DNA from: an uncultured Acidobacteriota bacterium
GTDB taxonomy: Bacteria; Acidobacteriota; Vicinamibacteria; Vicinamibacterales; UBA2999
Reading direction: 5' to 3'
NCBI GenBank assembly: GCA_963713655.1
Contig: CAVQMT010000013.1
Span: forward strand, 25,422 to 89,421
DNA length: 64,000 nucleotides
Shown here: positions 1 to 10,852 of the stretch, one piece after another
Layout: each line of letters starts with the position of its first letter
Position numbering within the stretch: the stretch's first letter is position 1
Made by a program: the position numbers and the translations under genes
The notes under the pieces: generated by a model
What the model was told of the DNA's origin: nothing
The model's input: only the letters and a program-made list of their open reading frames with translations
Databases searched by the model: none

Positions 1-7
1 AGACGTC

Positions 8-574
8 GTGGGGCTGGTGAGATGGTTGGCCCCCCGGCTGTCGCTGCTGTTCGGCATCGGCTTCCTGGGGGCCAACCTCTGGGTGGCCTGGCAGCTTCTC
101 TCCTATCGCCGGCGGCGCCGATCGGCCCTGCTGGTCTGGGAGGCCGCCAAGCCCCGCTTCTACGGCTTCAACCTCGGCCTGGGCGCGATGTTCGGGCTGC
201 TGCTGGCGCTCGACATCTTCGTGCTGCGGCGGCCGCTCGGCCAGCTCTTCGGCGAGATGATGATGTGCACCTACTACGGCTACGCCTTCCCGATGAGCGC
301 GCGGATCGCCCGCGGCTTCTACGGCGACGGCGTCTGGGCCGACAGCGGCTTCATGCCGTGGACGCAGATTTCAGCGGTGTCGTGGAAAGAGGAGCCGAGC
401 GTGACGCTGATCCTGGTGTCGCGCGTCCGCAGCATCGCCCGTCACCTGACCGTGCCCGGCCCGTTGTACGGCCAGGTGCGGCGGCTGCTGCGCGATCGCA
501 TCGCCGCCCACGAGATCCAGATCGGCGGGGCCGGGCTCGACCTCGGCATCCGGGACGAGCGGGACGCGGTGTAG
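8..574 (+). CDS. hypothetical membrane protein (N-terminal TM helices plus soluble tail)
   Basis: Single ORF 8..574. Hydrophobic segments LSLLFGIGFLGANLWVAW and GLGAMFGLLLALDIFVL. No catalytic motif recognised. Confidence 0.5.
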   Translation: MGLVRWLAPRLSLLFGIGFLGANLWVAWQLLSYRRRRRSALLVWEAAKPRFYGFNLGLGAMFGLLLALDIFVLRRPLGQLFGEMMMCTYYGYAFPMSARIARGFYGDGVWADSGFMPWTQISAVSWKEEPSVTLILVSRVRSIARHLTVPGPLYGQVRRLLRDRIAAHEIQIGGAGLDLGIRDERDAV

Positions 575-1507
575 AAAGTCTCCGGTCTTCGGTCTTCGGT
601 CCGTCCGGTGATTACTGGACCGGAGACCGGAACTGGAGACCGGAGACGTGCCATCCACCGGCATGGAGGCGAGTGCTCGCACCCGCAGGTTGCCGACGGC
701 TTGGTACGCCCGCGCCGTCAGAAGGGCCAGCACCACGCATGATGTCGCGGTTAGAACGAATGAGGCGTCGACGCCGTGCTCCCAGACCAGCGGCGGCGGT
801 GCCGCCGCGAGCTGCCACTCGGGCTGGCCGGTAGCCCACCATCGCGTGAGCACGACGACGTCCCCCGCCGAATGCAGCACCAGTGCCGGGAGAATCGAAT
901 TGGCCGCCCACGTCAGCCCGCCGTACACCGCCGCTACGGCTATGTAGTACGGGAGCATCAACAGAACGTCGCGCGGGTGACTGCTGAAGTGCAGGAGCCC
1001 GAAGAGCGTACCGTTCACGAGGATCGCCACGGCGACCCCATACACACGCTCGATCGGGCTCTGCATGTAGCCGCGGAAGGCCGCCTCCTCGGTCACGCCG
1101 GCGACAATGGATTGCATGGCGAGCAGCAGGAAGGTGGTCGTCAGCGGCATGTCGGGTGGCATGGTAATCGCCGCCGACGAGGGAAGGCGCACGAGGCGGG
1201 CGGCAAGGGCGAGCAGCGCGAGCAGTGCGCTGAACCCCAGTGTGCCGGCCGCCAGCGAAGGAGCCCACATGCCGGCCGGAAGTCTGTTGGCTCGGAGGTT
1301 CGCACGACGCCTCGCGGCGTCGGCGGGCGCACTCCACCCGCCGCTGATGAAGCGCCAATACGCCCACAAATACAGCACCATGGGCAGAATCGCCCATGGC
1401 ACCGCCGTTCCGATGCGGAGGTTCCATGCGCCGAGGGCCGCCCACGGCAGGTTGCCGGCCAGCAGCACCGCGACACCAGTGAGGATGGCCGTAAGAATTG
1501 TCGTCAT
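371..1507 (-). CDS. CPBP family intramembrane metalloprotease (CAAX protease/Abi-like)
   Basis: ORF 371..1693(-). Internal ATG at 1507 precedes a TM-rich body with CPBP motifs TEEAAFRGYMQ and FGLLHF. The 3' end is doubtful: the last ~95 codons run through hairpin 578-647 and antisense to gene 8..574, so the true stop is probably near 612-700. Confidence 0.7.
   Translation of the reverse strand: MTTILTAILTGVAVLLAGNLPWAALGAWNLRIGTAVPWAILPMVLYLWAYWRFISGGWSAPADAARRRANLRANRLPAGMWAPSLAAGTLGFSALLALLALAARLVRLPSSAAITMPPDMPLTTTFLLLAMQSIVAGVTEEAAFRGYMQSPIERVYGVAVAILVNGTLFGLLHFSSHPRDVLLMLPYYIAVAAVYGGLTWAANSILPALVLHSAGDVVVLTRWWATGQPEWQLAAAPPPLVWEHGVDASFVLTATSCVVLALLTARAYQAVGNLRVRALASMPVDGTSPVSSSGLRSSNHRTDRRPKTGDFLHRVPLVPDAEVEPGPADLDLVGGDAIAQQPPHLAVQRAGHGQVTGDAADARHQDQRHARLLFPRHR
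578..647. repeat. heptad-periodic imperfect hairpin between convergent genes
   Basis: GTCTCCGGTCTTCGGTCTTCGGTCCG ... GGACCGGAGACCGGAACTGGAGACCGGAGAC. The outer 11 bp pair perfectly (578-588 with 637-647). Confidence 0.65.
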
Positions 1508-1677
1508 GGCAGGTCGATGTAACCGCCGAAGTCTATCCCCGGCTCGAGTTGACAGGGCAGCGGCCAACCCCCCAAACTGCCTGATAAAGCGACTGGAAAG
1601 GCCCATCTCGGGCTCGGCAGGGGCGGAACTGCGCACCCCTGCACAACCGGCGGCAAAGGACCGATAAAGGCTCGCAT

Positions 1678-2670
1678 ATGGCAGCACGACCAACTTGGAA
1701 GGGCTACCTCAAGGTCAGCCTGGTCACGATTCCGGTCAAGGTGTTCCCGGCCACCGAATCGGCCGCGACGATCGCCTTCAACCAGCTCCACGCCGAGTGC
1801 CAGACGCGGATCCAGATGAAGAAGTGGTGCCCGACCTGCGACCGCGAGGTGCCCATCAGCGAGATCGTCAAGGGCTACGAGTTCGAGAAGGGCCGCTACG
1901 TGGTGGTGGAGGAAGAGGACGTGCAGAAGGTGCGCGTCGAATCCACTCGCGTCATCGACCTGGCGCAGTTTGCCGACGAGTCGGAGATCGATCCGATCTA
2001 CGTCGATCGGGCCTACTACCTGGCACCCGACGGGCCGATGGCGGCCCAGTCCTTCGCGGTGATGCGTGAAGGGATGGCGGGCAAGGCTGGCATCGGCAAG
2101 GTGGCGCTGTATGGCCGCGAGTATCTCGTGGCGGTGCGGCCGAAGAAGAAGGGCCTCGTGATGTACACGCTGCACCACGACGCCGAGATTCGGGCCATCG
2201 AACAGATCGAGGAATTGGACTCGGTGCCCAGCAAGGTGAAGCCCGAGGAGATGAAGCTGGCCAAGCAGGTGATTGGCAGCTTCGAGTCGGAGCTGAACCT
2301 CAAGGACTACACCGACGAATACAAGGAAGGCCTGCGGAAGATCATCGAGGCGAAGATCGCCGGCGAAGAGATCGTGACGCCAGAGATCGAGGAGCCGCCG
2401 AAGGTCGTGGACCTGATGGAGGCGCTGCGCCGCAGCCTGAACTCGGTCAGCACGGAGAAGAAGAAGCCTGCCAAAGTGGTGATGGCGAAGACGGCAAAGG
2501 CCAAAGCCGCCAACGGCGCGCGCAAGCGCAAGGCCGGCGTAGAGCGGGGCAGCTCAGGCTTCCGGTCCGGCTCTGGCCTGCCAGCCTCTGGCGCTCGGCG
2601 AGGATCAAGCCGTACTCCGCCGAGCGCTTCCACACCCGGTTCGACATCCCCGTCAGCTGCACGGCCTTGA
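1678..2670 (+). CDS. ku: non-homologous end joining protein Ku
   Basis: ORF 1678..2670. N-terminus RPTWKGYLKVSLVTIPVKVFPAT, core YYLAPDG, K/A-rich basic C-tail. The tail after ..ARKRKAG looks out of frame, so the true stop may lie near 2540. Confidence 0.9.
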   Translation: MAARPTWKGYLKVSLVTIPVKVFPATESAATIAFNQLHAECQTRIQMKKWCPTCDREVPISEIVKGYEFEKGRYVVVEEEDVQKVRVESTRVIDLAQFADESEIDPIYVDRAYYLAPDGPMAAQSFAVMREGMAGKAGIGKVALYGREYLVAVRPKKKGLVMYTLHHDAEIRAIEQIEELDSVPSKVKPEEMKLAKQVIGSFESELNLKDYTDEYKEGLRKIIEAKIAGEEIVTPEIEEPPKVVDLMEALRRSLNSVSTEKKKPAKVVMAKTAKAKAANGARKRKAGVERGSSGFRSGSGLPASGARRGSSRTPPSASTPGSTSPSAARP

Positions 2671-2703
2671 GGCCGTAGTAGAGGAACCACGCTCCCAGCA
2701 GCG

Positions 2704-3351
2704 TCACGATGCCCGTAGCGCAGCGCGGTGACGCCAGCCTCGCCGAGCCGCGGCGTCAGGCCGCCGAACACGCGAGTAGAGCACGACGCCGGCCGCGGCC
2801 AGCAGCGGCCCGGTGACGGTGCGGACGCCCCAGGAAGCCACCCGCGATTCCTTCTCCATCAGCGAGCCGACGATCTGGAGGCGGTCCACGCTGGCCTTGA
2901 CGCGCGGGATGTCGGGTGCCAGCAGCACGTCCCGCAGCGACACCTGGGCCCGGCACGCGGCCGCGACCCGGCGTTCGCCGCGCCACCAGGACGGACCGGT
3001 GACACGCACGGTATGCTGGGGGAAGCGCTGGGCCACGTGCGCCTTGAGCCGCGCCAGCGACTCCTCCGAATACTCGCCCCAGGTGGACACCGTGTCGATG
3101 TCGATCCTCCGCCTGGCGGGGATGAGCACCAGCTCGTGCAGGTCGCCGGAACTGGCGTCCTGAACGTAGGCGGCGGCGTGGGGCGGGATGCCCTCGTGCA
3201 GCATCGCCTCGTGGTCCAGGCAGGGGAGTGTCGGCACGGCCGGCGCTGGATCGAGCGTCAGGCGATAGCGCTTGATCGACAGCACCGGCCCGAACGCGCG
3301 CAGCGCCTCGAGCGCCTGGGCGGTGTCGAGGACGTGGTCGGCTGCGGCCAT
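2704..3351 (-). CDS. hypothetical protein with C-terminal membrane anchor
   Basis: ORF 2704..3351(-), starting 8 nt downstream of the 3359..4129 gene. The hydrophobic C-end (GPLLAAAGVVLY) appears to continue in ORFs 2307..2771 and 2447..2707 after frame breaks. No family recognised. Confidence 0.45.
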   Translation of the reverse strand: MAAADHVLDTAQALEALRAFGPVLSIKRYRLTLDPAPAVPTLPCLDHEAMLHEGIPPHAAAYVQDASSGDLHELVLIPARRRIDIDTVSTWGEYSEESLARLKAHVAQRFPQHTVRVTGPSWWRGERRVAAACRAQVSLRDVLLAPDIPRVKASVDRLQIVGSLMEKESRVASWGVRTVTGPLLAAAGVVLYSRVRRPDAAARRGWRHRAALRAS

Positions 3352-3358
3352 CGTCTGA

Positions 3359-4129
3359 CTAGAAGAGCCAGCCCCAGATGCCGGTGCCGGCCGCGGTCGG
3401 GTCGCGCAGCCAGTCGGGCGGCGTCAGCCAGACGAAGGCCAGGATGGCGATGACCCAGAGGTCGTAGGGGAAGGTGCCGCGCTCGTCGCGCCAGAAGAAC
3501 GCGCGGGAGAACGCCGCCGTCAGCGCGTTGGGGCCGTTGGGGATGGGCCGGTCGTTGAGGGCCAGGAAGGTGTAGTGGATGCGGTTGTGGACGGTGACGA
3601 TCGACAGGATCAGGATCACCCACATCACCGCCGCCATCCGGTCGGTGAAGGCGCCGATCATGAACAGCACGATCCGCTCGGGCCGCTCCATGAAGCCGAC
3701 CTTGCACTTCTCGATCAGCGACTCGGCGCGCGCCCGCGCGTAGCTGGTCATGATCGAGAACATCATCGCCAGTGCGGTCACCATCACGTAGTCGGTACGC
3801 CGCAGATCGGCGTAGAGGTAGATCAGGCCGAGGAACAGCGCGATGTCGGAGAACCGATCGAGCGTCGAGTCCCAGAAGGCGCCGAACCGCGACACGGTGT
3901 TGGTGATGTGCGCCACCTTGCCGTCGATGAAGTCGAAGATGTTGGCGACGATCATGATCACGCCCGCCAGCAGGAACCGGTCCAGGCCGAGCGCGATGGC
4001 CGCGCCGACGTTGATCAGGACACCGATGAGCGTGAGCGTGTTGGGATGGATACGGAGGGCAACACTGACCGCGATAATGGCCCTGAGGGGGACCATGCAC
4101 ACGGTGCCGATGAGTCCGGTGAACGTCAT
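3359..4129 (-). CDS. CDP-alcohol phosphatidyltransferase family protein
   Basis: Intact ORF. Signature D(x)2DG(x)2A..G(x)3D(x)3D seen as DFIDGKVAHITNTVSRFGAFWDSTLDRFSD. Multi-TM. Confidence 0.8.
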   Translation of the reverse strand: MTFTGLIGTVCMVPLRAIIAVSVALRIHPNTLTLIGVLINVGAAIALGLDRFLLAGVIMIVANIFDFIDGKVAHITNTVSRFGAFWDSTLDRFSDIALFLGLIYLYADLRRTDYVMVTALAMMFSIMTSYARARAESLIEKCKVGFMERPERIVLFMIGAFTDRMAAVMWVILILSIVTVHNRIHYTFLALNDRPIPNGPNALTAAFSRAFFWRDERGTFPYDLWVIAILAFVWLTPPDWLRDPTAAGTGIWGWLF

Positions 4130-4184
4130 CTGGCGCCGATTTCCATTGATCCAATTGTCGATTGCAAGTTCGTCATACTAGCTT

Positions 4185-6001
4185 ATGGCCGTCGAAGACC
4201 TCAAGGAACAGATCGCGCGCTTGCCGGAGCAGCCGGGCGTGTATCTGTGGGCCAACGCGGCCGGCCAGACGCTCTACGTCGGCAAGGCGCGCTCGTTGCG
4301 CGACCGCGTCCGCAGCTATCTCGGGGCATGGGGCACCAGCCCGCGGCACGACGCGCTGCTGAGCGAGATCGCGTCGCTGGACGTGATCGTCACCGACTCG
4401 GTGATGGAGGCGCTGGCGCTCGAGAACAACCTGATCAAGCAGCGCTCGCCGCGCTACAACATCCTGCTGCGCGACGACAAGAACTACCCCTATCTGCGGC
4501 TGACGACCAGCGAGGCTTATCCGCGCGTGCTCGTGGCGCGCAGCGTCGAGGAGGGCTCCGGCGACTTCTACGCCGGCCCCTTTCTGCCGGCCAAGCTGGC
4601 CCGGCGGGCGATGACGCTTTCACACAAGATATTCGGCATCCGATCGTGCAACGAGGTTATCACCGGCCAGCGCGCCCGTCCGTGCCTCGAGTACGACATC
4701 GGCCGCTGCGTGGCCCCGTGCGTCGCCGAGATCTGCTCCGCGTCGGCCTATGCGGCGGCCGTCACCAACACCCGGATGCTGCTGGAAGGCCGGGCCGACG
4801 AACTGGCGCGGCGGCTGCGCGAGCGGATGACCGGGGCGGCGGCCGCAGAGCGATTCGAGGAGGCGGCGCAGCATCGCGATGCGATGCGCACCGTCCAGGC
4901 CCTGGCGGAGCGACAGCAGAAAGTGGCGACCGCGCGCCTGGTGGAGCGCGACGTGTTCGGCGTCAAGGTGGGCCCCAGCGGATCGGTGGTGCAGATCTTC
5001 GCCGTGCGCGACGGACGGGTAGTGGAGCGCCTGGAGCTGGTGGCCGACGCCGAGGCGCTGCCCGCCGGCGAGCCGGGCGTGGTGGCCGCCGCCATCACGC
5101 AGTTCTACGCCGGGCGGGTGCCGCCGGCGGAACTGGATCTGCCGGTCGAGATCGACGAGCAGGAGGCGGTGGAGGAGTGGCTGTCGAACCTGGCCGGCCG
5201 GCGCGTGCGCGTGTCCACCCCGCAGCGAGGCGATCGCCGGGCGATGGCGGACCTGGCGACGCGGAACGCCGAGCTGTCGTACCGCAGCCGCTTCAACGAG
5301 AACACGGCGGCGCACTTCGAGGCCCTCGAGACGCTGCGCTCGGTGCTCGGCCTGGCGACGCTGCCGCGCCGCATCGAATGCTTCGACATCTCCACCATCC
5401 AGGGCAGCGAGACGGTGGCGGCGCTGGTCGTGTGCGAAGACGGCCGGATGAAGCGGTCCGAGTACCGGAAGTTCCGGATCAGGTCGCGTGAGCACGAGGG
5501 GCCCGACGACTTCGCGGCCATGCGCGAGGTGGTGCAGCGGCGGTATCGCGCGGTGCTGGAGGCCGGCGGACCGTTCCCGGATCTGATTCTGATCGACGGC
5601 GGCCTCGGCCAGGTCACCGCTGCCTACGACGGGCTGGAGGCGATCGGCCTGTCGAACCTGGTGGCCGTGGGCATCGCCAAGCGCGAGGAGCTGCTGATCA
5701 TGCGCGACCGCCCCGAGCCCGTGGCGCTGGACCGCGACCGACCCGGCGCTTGCACCTGGTGCAGCGCATCCGCGACGAGGCGCACCGCTTCGCCGTGACG
5801 TTCCACCGGAAGGCGCGCTCGATGCGCGACCTCCGGTCCGAGCTGGACGACGTGCCGGGCATTGGCCCGCGCCGCCGCCGCGCGCTGCTGACGCATTTCG
5901 GCAGCCTGGCCGGCGTGCGCCGGGCCACGCGCGAGGAGCTGACCCCGGTGGTGGGCGCCAAGGTCGCCGACGCGGTGATCGAATACTTCGCGCGAAGCTA
6001 G
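4185..6001 (+). CDS. uvrC: excinuclease ABC subunit C (one frame break near 5747)
   Basis: ORF 4185..5798 carries the GIY-YIG N-terminus (PGVYLW..LYVGKA) and the UvrC core. ORF 5750..6001 carries LHLVQRIRDEAHRFA plus a (HhH)2 tail. Confidence 0.9.
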
Positions 6002-6021
6002 CGGACATGGCGGAGGTTGAA

Positions 6022-6074
6022 GTCGCTGGTCGTTCGGACAGTACGGCCACGACTAACGACCAACGACTAACGAG
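6022..6074. repeat. heptad-periodic imperfect hairpin after uvrC
   Basis: GTCGCTGGTCGTTCG ... CGACTAA CGACCAA CGACTAA CGA. Confidence 0.6.
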
Positions 6075-6101
6075 GCGACCCGTGGTACGCTTGCCGGTCA
6101 C

Positions 6102-7914
<1,813 letters not shown>

Positions 7915-7930
7915 TTGAGACGGAGCGACG

Positions 7931-8649
<719 letters not shown>

Positions 8650-8672
<23 letters not shown>

Positions 8673-9372
8673 GACCTCGGCGCCGGTCAGGTCGCGCCAG
8701 GCTCCTTCCGGCAGCCGGCCGCCGGTCAGCGGTCCGATGCCCGTTCGCGCCAGCGACCGGACCGGGTGGCCCACCGCCTCGCACATCCGCCGCACCTGGC
8801 GGTTCCGCCCTTCCCGAATCGTCAACCGCAGCGTGGCGTGGTGCCCGTCGCGTGCCGCGCTTGATCACCGCGACGTCGGCGGGCAGCGTCCGCACGCCGT
8901 CGAGCGGGATGCCGTCGCGCAGCCGCCGCAGCGCGGCCTGATCGGGCACGCCCGCGACGGTGGCTCGATAGGTGCGCTCGACGCCGTGTCGCGGATGGGT
9001 GAGCTTGGCGGCCAGGTCGCCGTCGTTGGTCAACAGCAGCAGGCCTTCGGTGTCGTAGTCCAGCCGGCCGACCGGGTAGACGTACTCGTGCACGCCGCGC
9101 AGCAGATCGATCACGGTCGGGCGCCGCTGCGGATCGGACCGGGTGGACACGAAGCCGGCGGGCTTGTTGAGCAGGATGTAGCGCTTGGCTTCGGCGCCGC
9201 GCACGCGCCGGCCGTCCACGCGGATGTCGTCCTGGTCGGCGTCGGCCTTGGTGCCCAGCTCGCGAACGGTCGAGCCGTTGACCGACACGCGGCCTTCGGC
9301 AATCAGCGTCTCGGCGGCCCGCCGCGACGCGATGCCCGCCTGCGACAGGATCTTCTGGAGGCGCTGCTGCAT
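8650..9372 (-). CDS. rluB: S4-domain rRNA pseudouridine synthase, RluB/RsuA family (1 frame break, 3' end unresolved)
   Basis: ORF 8419..9372(-) N-terminus RLQKILSQAGIASRR (S4 domain) and GRLDYDTEGLLLLTNDG. Continues in ORF 8226..8825(-) with REGRNRQVRRMCEA. The ORF stays open antisense to scpB, so the end is uncertain. Confidence 0.8.
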
Positions 9373-9420
9373 TGGGTCCTAGGAGTATGCTATCGCCGGA
9401 ACTCGGACACAGGAGGCCCG

Positions 9421-9889
9421 ATGACTCGACGAACCGTGATCCTGGCGCTCGCGGCCATGGCCGCGCTGGCCGTTTCGGCCGACCGTATCGGGGCGCAGGC
9501 CAATCCCGCGGGCGCCGCCGTGCAGCCATTCAAGCCCAGCGACATCAAGTGGGTGCGCAACGCCGCCGGCACGCAGGAGACCGCCGTGCTGTTCGGCGAC
9601 CCGACCAAGGCCGAACCCTACGTCATGCGCCTCAAGTGGCTGCCGGGCAACATGAGCCGTCCGCACTCGCATCCCAACGATCGCCACTTCGTGGTGATCT
9701 CCGGGACCTGGTGGCTGGGGTCGGGCGAGAAGTACGAATCCGGCTTCCACCGTAGCCGCCGGGCCCGGGACCTACGTCTATCACAAGGCCAACGGCATCC
9801 ACTACGACGGCGCCAAGACCGAGGAAGTGGTCATCCAGGTGTGGGGGATGGGTCCCAACACGAACAACCCGGCGCCGGGTGCGAAGTAG
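9421..9889 (+). CDS. secreted cupin-like protein (1 frame break near 9740)
   Basis: ATG 9421 with signal peptide MTRRTVILALAAMAALAVSA. RPHSHPNDRHFVVISGTWW is a cupin-like His motif. Tail ..GIHYDGAKTEEVVIQVWG ends at TAG 9887-9889. Confidence 0.55.
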
Positions 9890-9900
9890 CCAGGACCGCA

Positions 9901-9928
9901 GTCTTCGGTCTTCGGTCTTCAGTCTTCG
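9901..9928 (+). repeat. (GTCTTCG)4 heptanucleotide tandem repeat
   Basis: GTCTTCG GTCTTCG GTCTTCA GTCTTCG, 12 nt after the stop of the cupin-like gene. Confidence 0.8.
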
Positions 9929-9941
9929 CGACTGAGCCGGA

Positions 9942-10620
9942 ATGAGAATAGGGCCATCTGTTTCGCGCTGCTGCTCATCGCGAGCCCCGCTCACGCGAAG
10001 GACGTTACCGTGCAGGTGAACGGCCTCCCCGTGCGGCTCGACATCACCGCGCCCGCTCCTTCCAACGTGACGGATCCGACGATCGTGTTTGAGAGTGGCC
10101 TCGGCACCGCGGGGACGGACGACTTTGCGCTTGTCCTTTCAAGGCTGCCAGCGTCTCCGGACGGTTCGCTGACCGCCCGGGACTTGGCGGCTCGGCTGAT
10201 GATGGAGCATCGCCGACGCCCCGACACATCGCGACCGTGTTGCACGATGCCCTCGCCGCTGCTGGCGATCCCGCCGCCGTACGTCCTCGTCGGACCAATC
10301 CTCGCCGAAGTAGCGATGGCATCGGCGATGTCTGCGGCCTTCTTCCCCGAGATTCAGACACTGCCGCCGTTGCGGAGCATTCCAATCGTCGTGCTCGCGG
10401 GTGCCAGCGACACCGAATGGCCAACCTCGATGCCCGTGTCATTTGACATGCGCCGCTGGGTGCGCCAGTGGCTCAGCGTGCGAAACGCGTCACTGCGGCG
10501 TTTCGCGCGGGCCTGGCGCGAGGCACGTTCGTCGAGACCACGGGGAGTTCCCATCAGATCCAGAAGTCGGAGCCTGAATTGATCGCTTGGGCAATTGACC
10601 GTGTGTTGCTACAGCGGTGA
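9942..10620 (+). pseudogene. alpha/beta hydrolase remnant (several frame breaks; nucleophile elbow missing)
   Basis: Signal-peptide-like start (AICFALLLIASPAHA), PTIVFESGLGT, PPPYVLVG directly followed by unrelated sequence (no GHSxGG), IPIVVLAGASD, C-end GSSHQIQKSEPELIAWAIDRVL. Only ~226 codons. Confidence 0.5.
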
Positions 10621-10852
10621 TTCGACGAGTGCCGGCTAGCTTGCACCCAAGGTAGCGCTCCCACAGCACCTTCGGCGACATCCCGTCTCCCCAGGCACCT
10701 GAGCCTCCGCCCCGGCCCCGCTCACCGAAATCTCACGGAATGCTCACCTCCACGTGAAGACACCGGCTGGGCTGCCGGGGGAGGCTTACATCCGCCGGCT
10801 CGATGAGCATGGCCCGATGCACCGAGATCTGCGGACTGGAGGAGCGGAGCGT

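Noticed and set aside
1-4200. The Ku/CPBP-protease neighbourhood as a possible defence or immunity island.
   Set aside because: The genes are on different strands, share no operon structure, and have no nuclease, ATPase or toxin partners. Nothing beyond proximity supports a system.
9901-9928. CRISPR array interpretation of the tandem-repeat tracts (also 13318-13352, 14575-14616, 27901-27928).
   Set aside because: The units are 7 nt with no spacers, the tracts are at most ~40 nt, and there are no cas genes in the window.
10754-10852. Upstream start (10754) for the ADOP permease, and a possible PadR-type regulator in 10621-10852.
   Set aside because: ATG 10853 has a GGAGG about 11 nt upstream and gives a typical N-terminus. 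No frame on either strand of 10621-10852 shows a winged-helix PadR-like sequence.
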